Shown here piece after piece: positions 21,964 to 35,100 of a stretch of DNA of 64,000 bases. The stretch's first letter is position 1, and the number at the start of each line of letters is the position of its first letter. Location: contig CAJINV010000004.1 in NCBI GenBank assembly GCA_905178155.1, positions 8,268,882 through 8,332,881 of the forward strand, read 5' to 3'. Made by a program: the position numbers and the translations under genes. The stretch is from Amoebophrya sp. A120 (taxonomy: Eukaryota > Protista > Dinoflagellata). The notes beneath the pieces were generated by a model. That model did not search any database and was not told the DNA's origin. It saw nothing but the letters and a program-made list of their open reading frames with translations.

Positions 21964-23182
21964 TCACGCTGAGCAGGGGAAGCACACGCTGCAGTAGACC
22001 TCAAACTCCTCAAGGGCCGCGGCAGCGAAGTCAGCTGGGCGCAGCGGCTTGTTGCAGTAGCCCGTGTAGCTGGAGGGGTGCGTGCAGGAGCCGTCCCGAC
22101 GAGCTTCCCACCCTTGCGGGCACGTGCTGAAGTTCGGCTGACAGGACGGTATCGGGTTGAAAAAAATTTTGTCGTATTTTGAAACAGCTTTTTTTGCCAT
22201 GCACCTAGGGAAAATTTCCGTTTTTTTAGTACTTCGCTACGGTAAGTACAAACAGCCCTTTATTTCTCACCAATTCCAATTGTTCGGCTTCGCAAAATTG
22301 AACGCAATTCTGCACCGCGAAGCCATCAACGCATGACACATTCCTTCCTGCTTCAAGACATAATTTTTTTTAATCCGATGATACACTGGTCGCACTGCGC
22401 ATTGGCTCGTCCCGACGTGACGTGCGCTTCCGCAGCTTTGGCAACGCTGGTTGCGATGCTAGCCATTTTGGTCAGGGACAACTTGCCGTCCACTGCGCGA
22501 AGAAAGGAAGCTGCGCCCGCACTCGCGCCTGCAACCGGATAGGACCCAAGCTTCGTCGGCGAGCTGACCAGAGCCGCTTTCACCGCATCGTGCAACTCCC
22601 GCTGCTCCGGTGTTTCTCCGACGCTGGCAGATTTGTCGAAGGCCTGCAGTATCACCAGCAAAAGTGCCACCACAATTCACAATCTGTCATGCAATAGTTT
22701 CGGTGCTGCGGAGTCAAGTGTGGTCGGTGGGACGAATGCATGATTTGGAAATTTGTTAATTTCTTGAATGACAAACTGTCGTTCCGGCAGGTGGCATTTT
22801 TGTCTGTGATATCTGCGCCGGCAATCAGGTCCCGTTCGATGTCCTTGATCCGGTCGTCGTTCGCAGCGTCGCCAGCCGACCCTGCAACGGACGCTTCGGG
22901 CGTAGAGGACCCGGCTGCCCCCGAGTTGGCCATCAGCGAACTGATCATGCCGGCAGCCCGATCAGCGGAGCTTGCAGCGACGGATCCCGCCTCGGAGTAG
23001 GTACCAGCGCCGACCGCAGACGGAGCATAGGTCACATCCGGCGACCCCACCGGGGTGCTACCGCTACTGCCGCCTGGTCCGCGTGCAACTTCACCTCCAC
23101 GGACGGCTCCGGGGGCGTCTTTGCGCAGCTTCAAGGAGACTGCGGCGGCCACCATCCAGAAATGCACGGCGCGCGAAGACAT
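21964..23182 (-). CDS. Secreted CPW-WPC domain protein (3 exons)
   Basis: Hydrophobic N-terminus MSSRAVHFWMVAAAVSL. Last exon CQPNFSTCPQGWEARRDGSCTHPSSYTGYCNKP..FEVYCSVCFPC matches the CPW-WPC pattern (CPxxW..C..YxGxC..C..W/FPC) known from apicomplexans and dinoflagellates. Confidence 0.8.
22150..22380. mobile_element. Introner-like TIR element, singleton family G
   Basis: TATCGGGTTGAAAAAAATTTTGTC..GACATAATTTTTTTTAATCCGATG; separates CPW-WPC exons; no clean direct repeat. Confidence 0.7.
22650..22811. mobile_element. Introner-like TIR element, singleton family H
   Basis: TATCACCAGCAAAAGTGCCACC..GGTGGCATTTTTGTCTGTGATA; separates CPW-WPC exons. Confidence 0.75.
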
Positions 23183-23414
23183 GACTGGATTCTCTTTCTC
23201 TTTAATGTGTGTTTGCTACTGCCACTTAAAACGGAGTCAAAAAGCTCAAAAAGTTCGCAACAGGGGGGCCTGCCAACAAAATCTAGTGATTTATGGTAGT
23301 TTGCTGTGTTTTGTTTTTCAAAAACGAGAAAAAACGAAGCCTTTTGGAAGTAATAAGCGTCGCTCCTGGAGCACTCTCAGATCAAGCACTCTCGCAATTT
23401 GTGCTCTGTACGCC

Positions 23415-24072
23415 AATTTTCGAAAACCTAAGTTTGATAAACCAATGAAAAAAAACCACGACGGCAAGACACCGTTCTCTCGCAGATGACGCCTCTTTCT
23501 TGGTCCGTAAATTTTCTTTCAATAAGTTGGGAGCTGAATGGCATGCTCATTTTCTCTTTTGAAAATGGCCTCTCAACATCGGTAGACAGATTGATCGCTC
23601 AAGAAATTCGCTGACCAACCAGCAAGAGCATAATGCTCGGCTCTTGCCGTTCCAAATTACTATCACAAACTTGACTGCGCATCGTAGCCGGAAACGAGCG
23701 TAGCAATATCTCCTCCAGCACGAGTTGTGGAACGGCAAATGCCCGCGGGCGGCGCATTAGGGCTGTGTGGCGCGCTCGAACCCTACAAACGGGGCGTCGG
23801 GAACTGAGTGCAAGCAATCACGCGCCCAAGCCCCGCATCCAGTAATACTAGCGCCGCCCCGCGAGGCCTTCACGCGATTGAGGCCCCCGGCATACGTCGA
23901 AAAGACGAGTTGGCCGCCCGAAATAAGGCGGCCGGCAGCAAGAACTCGCGCGCGCAACGCGCGCGCCCGTCGGTTCTGCCGACGAGTGGCCGGCTGGGCG
24001 CAAGGGCGACCACTTTGGCAGGCCAGGCGCCCGAAAGGCCGCCGCTCCGCGGCCTCACATAAAGCGCAAAAG
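23415..24072. repeat. Copy 1 of ~670-bp GC-rich direct repeat
   Basis: Colinear with 24671-25352, with scattered substitutions and small indels. Confidence 0.92.
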
Positions 24073-24125
24073 GAATGGGTTAGCCGCGGGCAGCACCTGT
24101 CCCACCTGAAAAAACCCTGGAAAGG

Positions 24126-24416
24126 TATCCTGTGTAAAAACGTCCCTACCCGCAGAGTCAAGTTGGGAAATCTGCAACACGAATCCAGAAACTGTGCCAG
24201 CCACGCATGACAGGTTTTCGATGTGCTGTAGTGCAAGTCGGAAAGGCAAGCAGCATCAGGAACATTTTCTTATCCTAGTTGCAGCATTACAAATGCCAAA
24301 TCACAATGGAAAACGCCTCTCATCATGGGGATGCGCATCACACGCGTTGTCGTCTGCCGTTGCAAATAAATCCGCATGAAGGCAATCATGGGGTGGGGAC
24401 GTTTTTACACAGGATG
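24126..24416. mobile_element. Introner-like TIR element, family B
   Basis: TATCCTGTGTAAAAACGTCCCTACCC..GGGGTGGGGACGTTTTTACACAGGATG; body similar to 12725 copy. Confidence 0.85.
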
Positions 24417-24480
24417 CATAGGGCTCACACACCGGGAAGTTCGGCGGCGCCACCTCCTCAGCCTCCCCGGCGTCCTCCGC

Positions 24481-24526
24481 CTGCTCCTCCACGCCTTGCT
24501 CCTCCACGCCTTGCTCCTCCACCTTG
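24481..24526. repeat. 15-bp tandem repeat x3 (TGCTCCTCCACGCCT)
   Basis: Reads VEEQGVEEQGVEEQA on the minus strand within a short exon-like segment. Confidence 0.8.
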
Positions 24527-24670
24527 TGGCAGGCCGCCAACGGGTCGCGCATAAACGCAACACCTATCACATCCAAATATGTCTGGGTGTGGAGGAGTGC
24601 AAGGCTTCACAAGCTCGATTGGCACCATGGCCCTCAAGTTTGTATATGCGCTTTACCTAAATAAATCCAC

Positions 24671-25352
24671 AACTTTTTCGAAAAGCTAAGTTTATTGAGA
24701 AACCAATGTGCAAAAAAAATAAAAAGCACGACGGCAAGACACCGCTCTCTCGCAGATTACGCCTCTCTCTTGGTCCGTAAGTTTTCATTTGATATCAATT
24801 TGGGAGCTGGATAGCACGCTCAGTTTCTTTGTTTGAAAATGGTCTCTCGTCGGTCTCGGTAGGCAGATTGATCGCTCAAGAAAATCGTTGACCAAGCAGC
24901 AAGAACATGATGCTCGGCTCTTGCCGTTCCAAATTACTATCACAAACTCGACTGCGCATGCTAGCCGGAAACGCGCGTAGCAATATCTCCTCTGGAACGG
25001 CAATCGCCCGCGGGCGGCGCGTTAGGGCTGTGTGGCGCGCTCGAACCCTACAAACGGGGCGTCGGGAACTGAGTGCGGGCAATCACGCGCCCAAGCCCCG
25101 CATCCGGTAATACTAGCGCCGCCCGGCGAGGCCTTCTTCACGCGATTGGGGCCCCCGGCATCCGTCGCAAAGACGAGTTGGCCGCCCGGAATAAGGCGGC
25201 CGGCAGCAAGAACTCGGGCGCGCAACGTGCGCGCCCCTCGGTTCTGCCGAGCAGCGGCCGGCCGGGTCTCAGGCCGACCACGTTAGCCAGGCGCCGGAAA
25301 GGCGGCGGGCACGCCGCCGGGCCGTTCCGGGGCCTCACGTAAAGCGCAAAAA
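24671..25352. repeat. Copy 2 of ~670-bp GC-rich direct repeat
   Basis: Colinear with 23415-24072; preceded by a truncated family A left TIR at ~24565-24605. Confidence 0.92.
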
Positions 25353-25759
25353 GAAGAGGAGGCCGCAACGGCGGCGAACTGAATCGGCCGGGCGGCTCGC
25401 TTTTGCCTCCTCTAGCGCTTAAACGGGCTCCACCACGCTACCCCTTCCTCATATGGAAAGAAAAACCCACCGCAGGTGCGGCCTTACAGGCTTCTTTCGT
25501 CCAGTGTAGCGATGATGTCGGAGGTTGTTTCCTTACGCTTTGGCATGATGACAGTGCAGCTTCTAACTAGCAAAACGGCTACACCATGCGAAAGTAGTCG
25601 CACAACTGTGGTGGTTTTTTCTATCCCCTAGGCCATCGACGTAGTAGGTCTCCACGTCGGGGGTAGACAGCCGCCGGAGCTCGCCAACGCCAAAAGAGCC
25701 TCTACTCCTTGCTCCAAGAAACGGAGGGTGCGCGGGAAATAGATCTCCTATAGTCCGCT

Positions 25760-28700
25760 CAGGCATTGCAATCTCAAGTGTTGCAATCTTATTGATACTT
25801 TGTACTGCAGGAAAGGCCGGGCCTTTCCTCTTTCGTCAGCGATTCGCATGAGAGGGAACATTGCCTCAGACCAGCAATGCGAGATAAAGGAAATGTCGTG
25901 TTTCGATTTTAGTTCACACGCAGTACAAACTGCCATTCGTGTTGTAAGACCTGAGTTTGCAACATCTGAGCGGGCCATATCTTTCGGTGGGCCGCACACG
26001 AAGAGCTTTCTGCTACTGCCGCCCCGATATGCACTGCAAATATGTCTGGGTCCGGAACAAGTGTGCAAGACTGGTCATGCAGGTTGTCCGTGGCCCGTGA
26101 GGTCTGGAAGGCAGGACCTAGCTTAACAGATCACTCTGTGAGATCTCGATCATGACTAAGTATCCTGCGCATGAGAAACTCCCTCTCAACCTAGTAGAAT
26201 GTGGGCGTCTCCTGGTACTCATGCAACACAGATTTTTGCATGATTCAGATGTATAGCATGACACTTTTTACGTTCCAGACCCAGACATATTTGCGTTTGA
26301 TACCGGCGCGCAAAGAAAATCCTCCGCCATCTTTGCGCAGCTTGTCTTCAATTCGTACTTGCTAAAGTCGTTGTGGAGAAGCAAAAAGGATTGATAAAAC
26401 TCGCACTTCTGACGGCGACCTGCCTTAGAAACATCGAATGAATCTAGCATGACCACTTTCAGAGTGGTGCGCTGTTGAATCTTTCTCACTAACAAACAGA
26501 CTGATGCTTCTTGTAAGAGACATCTCTCCAGCACATCCACCTGGATAGTTCGTCTCAGATTCATCTCTCTAGCACTCTGCACTCTGCAACCCAACGTGTA
26601 AAAAAGAAGTTTTTCTTTAAGCTTTAAATCGCCGTGACTGGGGTGCACGTAGTACACTCAACAAAAAGGTCTCTGTAGTAGCACAAGACGCGTCCCTCTC
26701 CAACAGCCAGATGAGCGGCTTGCTCTTCAGATTTCTTGTTCCAGCTCAAGCACAAAACCACGAACAACAGGCACCGTTCACGAGTCGCGCAAGGCGGGAC
26801 CGGTTCATCTCTCGGTACAACTGGTCGGAATGCTTTCCGCAACCTTTTTCTACTATGTCCTTTTCCGTGTCTGAACTTCGCGCAGCAGCGTAGTACTTAT
26901 GTACTACCAGACGAACAGCAAGAACTTTGTCATGCGCTTTTCAACGACGAAAGTTCGCACAAGAGCTCTAGTCACTGCCACAAAAAACTCAGCCCTGTCA
27001 CCAGCAGACCACAAAACAAACCAGTTTTATTCCGGCGAAGGTTTGCGTCAGAAACAAACCAGCTTCGTACACTTTTCTTATTCTATCGCAATGGCATGCC
27101 GGAGCGCCCGTACATCAGCTATGTTGTGCTGCCGTCGCGGGTGCTTATCACCTGCAAACATGTCTGGGCGGTGTGAAATAGTACAAGGTTTGTCATGCGG
27201 ATTTTATACCATCAACGATGCCTTTCTTTGGTGAAAACCTTCCACGCATCACAGGTCTTGTAAAGGCTGCCTAATTCTCCCTCTCCCGCATGAAAAATGC
27301 CTTAGTGGCGACATAGCATTATATACAGAATTTCATAGGTGAATCGGAAGGCAGAACCACAGGTTTGCGTCTATCCAGACCCAGACATATGAATTTGGGG
27401 TGCATATTAAGGTCGAACAGACATTCATCGAGCTCGAGTCGGCGACTTCGCGTAAATGCTGCTCCACAGCAGCAACCTCGTCCCAGTCGCACTCGTCGTG
27501 CGCGAAAACCGAGAAACCAAGCGCCCTGCTACCGTGCGGCGATTCACGCGGGCGTCGTGGCTTCAATGACGCAAAATTTGCACTCTCCGAAAGCTCGCGT
27601 CGTACCGAAGTATGCGTGCGAGGGCCACATGCGGCAGTCTGCTCGAGCACCTCGCGAAACTCCCCCGGGAGTGAGTCATTCAGGCCGTAGAACGCCACGA
27701 CGGTTGTATGAATGGGGCAAAAATCCCGATGTTCAGCGCAAAGCCGTTTTTCTTTGGAGAAAAGTTGATGTGGAATTATATTTCGAGTCAAGCATAAAAA
27801 ACGGACGAAGAAGCGAAGCACGGTGTACGAATACACCATAGTGCAAGGGAAGTAGTAGTTTATGCAGCATGAGATGCGTTCTGATGTACTTACGCAAATA
27901 ATGATATTAGCGATGCAATGCAAGTGCCTCCTGTTCAACAGAATGCGCTGGTCTTTTGTACTACCTTTCTCGACGATACGTCCGGAAGCGGTCGTATTTA
28001 TCCTGTGTAAAGACGTCCGAACCGCCCAAGAGTCAAGAAAGCAATTTTGGTCTTGCTGCACAAATCGACAAGGTCTGGCAAGTGCGCATGACAAGTTTCA
28101 ACTCGCAGCGCCACTGTGACTAGCTGATGTGGCTGCGGCATCGAAAGAAATCGACTGTCTTTAGCTTGTTTATAGCATGACACATTCTAAAACCACCATC
28201 AGATCGAAGTTTATCTTTGTGGGGCTGCGTACGAGAAACATCCTGAGCAAGACCAAGGGCATAGAAATTCGCATGTCAAATCAGGGGCGGGAAAGCTTCT
28301 CCAGAGGATAGTGTTGCAGCATCCCCAGCTCACGGTAGTGTGAAAATGAAACTCCACGCCGCGCAACTTTTCCGCGGCAAAAGCAGATATTTTCATGAAA
28401 TTACATAAAAACGCAAACTACCAATGCAGTAACCGAACGGCTATGATGAACAGCGCAGTGGGCTGCAGGGATGATTTGTAATAGTTGACCTTTCATCATC
28501 ATCTACATTTCGTTTGCAGCGTCTTGCGACATCGAATCGATGACAGAGTAGTCGGCATCACTCACTGCAATACTTTCGGCGAAGATGGGTGTGTTGCTGA
28601 GCCCTTCGTCTACCTAGGTACTTCTTTACTTACCGAAACCGGATCTTTGGTGCGTGGACTTTCTTTTGATATTCGGAGAAAATCCGCCATCGAAAGCACT

Positions 28701-31333
28701 GCTGCGGAACCGCCCGCCCCAGCGTCGCCTGCCGCAGCACCGCTCTCTTTCTGCAGGTTGTGGTGCGGGTTCTCGTGGCCTGCCGATGTTGCTTACCATA
28801 ACAGGAAGAAAAAGTTATACCCGTGCTCCCGGTTTTTTTTTTGGTTGTAATATCATGTTGCGCCTCCATTTTCAAAACGAAAGACCTTGCTGTCCCGCCC
28901 AGGGAGTCATTGGAGGTAGAGCCTCTTCCTGATTGGCTTTGGAGAGTTCACTAAACAGTTCGCGCCAGCAGGAGGAGAAACCAACATGCAAGACAATGAC
29001 ATCATGATGTGGACGCAAATTCAGCTTAAACACACCTTTTGCAGCAAACGGGAGTGATAATTTTTCATTGCGATAGTGGTGACAGTGTCGCGTCGGGGAA
29101 GTTGGCTATATCGCCGATGAAAAAATCGTCGTCTACTGCTGATTATCAACTGTAAAAATGTCTGGGTCTGGAAGAATTCAACTTGTCATGCTGATTTTGG
29201 ATTCTAAAAAAATCTGTATTGCATGAGCAGCAAAAAGAGTCCAAATTTTGCAGCACGGAAAGAGCATTTGTCATGCGGAATAGGCTTCAGGAAGCCCTCT
29301 AAAAGTCTGTGATGCTAGGGCATGCATCACAGACTTGAGGAGTCATGCAAAATGTGCATGACAAACCTGGCAATCTTCCAGACCCAGACATTTTTACATT
29401 TGATACTGATTTTTTCTTATGAGGGGTAAGTTGTCTGGATAGGGAGAAATACGCAAATGGAATAAATAAGCCAGATGCTTTGCAAAAAATCCCGTGCATG
29501 ATCCCTGGAACATGAAAAATTTATTCCCGACCCAGACAGACTTGCATTTGATATTTTCATTTTGAAAACCGCTGCCAACCCATATAATCGGAGCGCTTGG
29601 TCTAACATGCCTTTGAACTCTGTTCGAGTTCTACTTGCAAAAAGAGAAGGTCGCATGAAAACAAGCTGTTTCGTATTTTTTCCATTACTGGTTATAGTTA
29701 GGGTTTATTGTCCCCGAGGACCGAGCCACCCGCTTTCATCTTCGCGTGAACACGCTCCGTGAAGACCAGGGTTCTACTTCCCAAAATTTGGCAACGATGT
29801 GTTTTCAACATGGTACCCACCGGTCAGAGAGCAGTCGCTTTGCCGCGTGTACCACGATTGGGGTAGCTGACTCCAGGATCCTGCTGCGCAACTGTTCGTG
29901 CAGCTGCGACGTCCGGGTTCTTCCAGAGTGGTGGTCTGTTGCAATCGAAGGCGCACCATCCGCGGTCGTGTTTTCAGCAAGCATCAAGGCGTAAGCACAG
30001 TCCACATACTCGCGGAGCTTCAAGTCGCTGCCCGCACACCTTCTCGTGAGCACCGCTGCAACCGCGTCGACAACCCAGTGTTCAGTCCTTGCTTGCTTAT
30101 CGATTATATCCACTGCAAATATGTCTGGGTCGGAAATAAAATTGTCATGCTAGTTTGTGAGTGCTCAGCTGCGCACTGCAATACGCAGGTAAGCATGACA
30201 GGTTTTTCCTTTCCTGTGTGTTCTTTCGTTTTTGCGCAAAAGCAACTGCGTCTTCGCATGACAGCCAAGAGGCTCCTTTCCTGCACATGCATCACCGAGT
30301 TAACAATGAGAGTCATCTCGGGCACGCATGATAAACTTGAATTTTCGAGAACCCGACATATTTGCAAGGCATATTAACCAAAGCTTGGGTGCAGCTTAGC
30401 GAGCTCAGATTGTGGCAGAAGCGATGACGGGCGCATGGACGCTGCTGCGGACAGAAGTTGTACGAGGTGCCGCGGCTGGACCTGCGACAGGGATGGTGGG
30501 TTCATGTTTTCTGGATCGTCTCCGGAGGGCAAAAGCGGTTCGCCGGTGATCTTGCCGGAGTAGTAGTGCGCCCGAAACAGCTGCTCACACCGCTGGACGA
30601 ACTCGTCGCCCCGTAGCCCTAGAGCGACAATGGTGTTTAGGCAGCACGCGGCCTGCGCTGGCTTGAGCAGGTTTACATCGGCGGCACACCAGGTTTTCGT
30701 CAGTTCTCGGAGCGCGTCCGCGGCAAGCGGCTTCACGACCCGCACAGGCTGGCGCAGTACGGCGGTAAGCGTGGTCACGAGCTGATCTGCATTCAGTGCG
30801 CCGCGGCGCACCTTTCTTCGAAGATGCCACACCAGATTGCAGTATTGACCGCGGGCTGTGTGGAGTTCCAAGGCCGGCATTGCGGGCTCTTGCGGTGCAA
30901 ACTCAGTTCGGCCGAGAACGAAGGCCCGTGTGTGGTACAAGGCGGCCACTGCAACGCTCGTAGACGCCCGAAGCTCTTGCCGCTTCAAATCCCAGTAGCC
31001 GCGAAACAGCGAAGTGAGCACCTCCTGTCCGCTCACCTTCTCGCGGAAGGGTCGCTCCGAGGCTGCACGATCTGACTTCCCAGTCGGTTGCCCGCGCCGG
31101 GGCGATCGTGAGGCTGCATGCAGGAAAGATTTGCCGTTTGCACCCGCTTTGCAGCCAGAGACTTCGTCCGATGGAGTTGTGCCGGTCATCTCGGAGGTCT
31201 CTGGCCGACTGGCTCTGAACGCGGTCGATCGCCAGAAGCATACCAGGGACCACCGGCTCGTCGCACGGACATGTTGTTTGGGGAACGGAAACCGCATCAA
31301 GTGCGGGGAGGCCACAAAGTCAAATCTCATCAT
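25760..31333 (-). CDS. Multi-exon protein, possibly organellar helical-repeat (FASTK/OPR/HPR-like) with RAP-like C-terminal region
   Basis: 319-aa first exon with a basic leader and helical motifs LLKPAQAACCLNTIVALG and VQPRHLVQLLSAAASMRP. Downstream YYVHPSHGDLKLKEKLLFYTLGCRVQS resembles the RAP domain tail. Exon chain not fully reconstructed; 3' end uncertain. Confidence 0.35.
26028..26302. mobile_element. Introner-like TIR element, family A
   Basis: TATGCACTGCAAATATGTCTGGGTCCGGAAC..GTTCCAGACCCAGACATATTTGCGTTTGATA. Confidence 0.85.
27146..27406. mobile_element. Degenerate introner-like element, family A
   Basis: TATCACCTGCAAACATGTCTGGG..CCAGACCCAGACATATG..TGCATA. Confidence 0.7.
27999..28310. 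mobile_element. Degenerate introner-like element, family B
   Basis: TATCCTGTGTAAAGACGTCC..GGGGCGGGAAAGCTTCTCCAGAGGATA; imperfect repeat GTATT/GTGTT. Confidence 0.7.
29144..29405. mobile_element. Introner-like TIR element, family A (subfamily A2, reverse orientation)
   Basis: Family A TIRs; repeat CTGAT; body is the reverse complement of the 41362 and 46836 copies. Confidence 0.92.
30107..30373. mobile_element. Degenerate introner-like element, family A
   Basis: TATCCACTGCAAATATGTCTGGGTC..ACCCGACATATTTGCAAGGCATA; lies exactly between two coding ORF fragments. Confidence 0.75.
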
Positions 31334-32106
31334 GTGTTGACGTACTATAGCAAGTACCAGTGAACTCGTTGTTGCGTGGTGTCACCTTTTGGTTTTGCAC
31401 TAAAGTACATATTAATCTCCATCCCCTGCAGGTTTGTTTTCATGTTCAATCATATAGTGTGTTTTCTCATCGAGGAAGAAGAAGAACCACTGCTAGTACT
31501 ACCGAATGGTGCAGCGCTATCGAAGATCAACTTGGGTGCAACGACTAACAGCTCAGATAGCTGTGCAGCGCGGCGGTGATCTGAGTCAATGCCGCAAAAG
31601 AATCGTTTGTTCGTCTCAGATTAAAAAAACCAAACGAGCTGAGAGAATGCACCCCACGATCAAACCACGATCAAACCACTAAAAAAAGCCGGAACACGAA
31701 CAAGTGTGACGAGATGTCTGAGCGGGGCCGCAGGACTCTGTGACCTACTGGAGTCAGACAATCTTCGCTGGTGAATCTAACGCAAGAGTCGCATCGAAGT
31801 TTTCTACAATCAGAATTCGCACATTTTGCAACATCTGCTACCTCTAGTTGAACCTCGTTAAAAAGTCCACGCTGCAGAATGTAGTCGATTCGGCACTGTC
31901 GCCTTAGGATGTCCTTTCGCGGCCTTGTGATCTTATTAAAGCCTGCTGTTTTGAATTGATTCACAAGTCCGAGTTACTGGTAACGTTTATAGCAAAAGTT
32001 CTCATTCGTGACGGTCTTGACATTATTTTCGAATAGAATTCGCTTCTTAGGTTTCGTTTTTGCGTACTGTGATTCGTTCAGGTGAAAAATAACAAATTGC
32101 ATAAAT

Positions 32107-35100
32107 TCATTTTCGGACGCTTACTGAGTGATACTGAATAAGTTCTGCCACGAAGTACTCGTCACTGGAGTTGAGAAAGAAGGCCGCAAAAGGTACAGAT
32201 GGACTGACCTCTTCAGGTACATCTTTACAGAAAACCGCTTTCCACAACCTTTCATGGGCTCCTTTCCAGTCCCTCTTCAAGGAGGACATGATCTCTGCGT
32301 GCCATCGAAACACCTGCGTCACGTGAAACTGATCTTCCTCGTAGGAGTATGCATTGCAAATATTCTTGGATATCTTGATCGCTGCAACTTGTCATGCTAA
32401 GTCTGTATTTCGTGATTGCTACAAGTTGTCCACTTTTACTGAAGTTGGGAGGCAGTTTCTCATGCAGACGAGGCATGATAGAGATATCGCAGAATCTGAG
32501 ATGCTGCATCTTCTATGCCAGACCGCATGAGCCATGGAAAACCTGCATGACAACTCTTGTAACTGTCCAGACGTTCAGGGATATTTGCAATGCACAAGAA
32601 GACTGTGGAGTATTGGAAGTCAAAAGCCTATGCAGTATAAAAAGTATTTACAGAACTGACACATTGTCTGGCACAGCAAGCAAGACTATCAATTTCTGTC
32701 ATAAAAAATATACTCAGGAGTGTACTTTCCTGTGTTTCCTTCCTTATGGTCTCTGCAATGCAAGTTTTTTCCTGCCATGCATCGCAAGTTTGTGTTGCTG
32801 AAGTTACAACGAATGTGTCACTGTAAAACTTCTTTCCCAGGATAAAACCTCTGCGTCGGGATCCACTTTCTGCCCTTGCACACTTATGGAGCGGAAAAAA
32901 AAGACGATTCCCCTGCAACTGTCACTGACGACCGCTTGCTGTATGCAAATCACGTAGTTAGGCAAGGAAACCGAAGTGTCGCGCACACAATGGAAACCGA
33001 TGCATCGCAGAAGCAATGCACATTGTTCGGACGATCCGTACATACTAGTCGAGTTCCATAATGTATACTTTTTGGAACTGAAAAAAAAGATGCATACTGG
33101 AAGATGATGCAAGCAATCGTGAGGGCTACATTTTTTTTCTTGAGTAGATGCGACAAGAAGCTGCGATGTGTAGGCGTTTTGGTGGCCACAATTACCAGGT
33201 ATATCGCTTGGAAAGGTTGTAGCTGTACTGACGCCAAATTACACGAAACACAAACAACGCTTTTTGAAATTGACTCTATGGCCAAGCCGAACTTTAAACA
33301 CAGCTTCCGCATCAGCAAAACATTTCGCAAGTTTATATGAAGTGCAAGGGCCTGTGCGTACGTACAGCTGTTCTCTTTGCAGCCATATTTCATGTCCTGG
33401 AACGGCATACCCCGGGTTGCGCAGATGAGTTCTTGTACTCGCTGCTGAATGGTTTCGTCATTCGCGTCTGGGTTCATGTTGATCACATGCAAATACCTCT
33501 GAATCTAGATCTTGAAGAAAAATGCCGGAGTTGTAATGCTGAACCCTCGCCTCAGGCGACAGTCCAGCATTACAACTCCTCTGGAAACTGTAATGCAGTT
33601 TCCGGAATAGCGCTGGCTGTGGTTCCGTTTCTGCGACAGCGCATTTTCTCATGCGCTCTACTCGCCACAGGACCATGCAAGAATCTGTCATGCCTAGCTG
33701 CGTATTCAAGTCACGACTTTGTCATGCACTTATCAAGTAGCACCACAACTTTCCAGATTCAGAGATATTTGCACGGCATATCTCCCCAGCCGTTTCGCCT
33801 TATGTTCAAGTGCATCTCCAGAATCCTGACGTGCTGCGCATGAGCGAACTCTGCCGCCGCATGCAATTTTCGGATGATTTGTTCCTGTTCCTCCGTCACC
33901 CTCCCCTGCTGCCTGCCCATCACGACCATGAGCAAGTCATTTGCGATGAGGAGCACTGGCTCGGGCACGCGTTCCTTCAAATGCCACAAGGGGGCGTCGC
34001 CTGCTTGTGTCGAGAGTGCCGGTCTCGGAGGGCAGTTCGCGAGTGCTGCTATCATTTTCCAAATAGCCGCGCTCGTCCACACCGGTTGCAGCGCCAGCGT
34101 GATTTCCTCATTTCCGGCGAACGCGAGTGGCCCCGATACTGGAAGATATTCGTGCAGAGCAATGTGTTCGACAATCGGTCGGAGGACGACCAGAAGCGTG
34201 ACGAAGCAAAACTCGCCCTGGCTTGCCGCTGCATCTCGTTCTGCACTTTTTTTCGCCGCAAAATCGTCCTGCAGTACCACCGGCAGCGTAGCGATGTCCA
34301 GGAGGCAAGAGTAACAAAACTCGTGCAACCACGCTTGCACAACCGCAAAGTTTCTTTCCGCGCTGGCATTGCCGCCGATGTGATGCTGCGGACGAAAGGA
34401 GCTGGGTGACGCACCCATACCGTCCACCGAAAGATTTTCATATGGGTAGGCAAGAGAGCAAAAGAGCGACTCCGCCCAAGTTTATTCCGCTGAAAAATGC
34501 ACGCAAAAGCCTCACTCATCCATGTTGCTTATTCTTCCATTCAAGCCATCATGGTAATGCCAAGCAGTATCCTAGGTTTAGAAGGTGCTGCAAGAAAAGT
34601 AGAGGTTCTTGCGGCGTACAGTGGAATACGTATGTTCGCACGCGTTTGCCATAATCAACTTGCTCTTCGTCTATCCCCCTGTCCGCGATCCCGACGTGAT
34701 CACGAATTTGCAGGAAAAAGTTCGCGGCGTCGATGTTTTTATTGTGGTAAAACCAGCCGACCCGTTCGTCTGGATCAGCTTGGGCGAAGGCCTCGAAGCC
34801 GGAAAAACGATCGGGGCCTACCACGTACACCACGAGCTCTTCCCCGTCCTGCAGCTCGTCATCTTGCAGTACAGCAACAGGTGATTGCGACGTGGACAGC
34901 TCTTCTGTGGAAGAGCCGCTGCGGAGACCTTGGCGCAGGAAGTTGATCAGCACTGATGGAATAATGTTTTCGGTGCTGCTGGACATCCATCTCCATCAAA
35001 TGCAAACATGTCTGGGTCTGACAGAATCACATATTTGTCATGCAGTTTTGGATGGTAGTTATCGGAATTCGGCCATGCACGCAGAGCATGTCAAATTCTG

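Noticed and set aside
23755-24045. Telomerase-template-like AACCCTA, RNase MRP-like ACAAACGGGGC and SRP-like CCAGG..GAAA motifs in the duplicated element
   Set aside because: Each match is partial: no 1.5-repeat template, no GAAAGTCCCC partner, no AGCAG. No specific ncRNA call is supportable without a covariance search.
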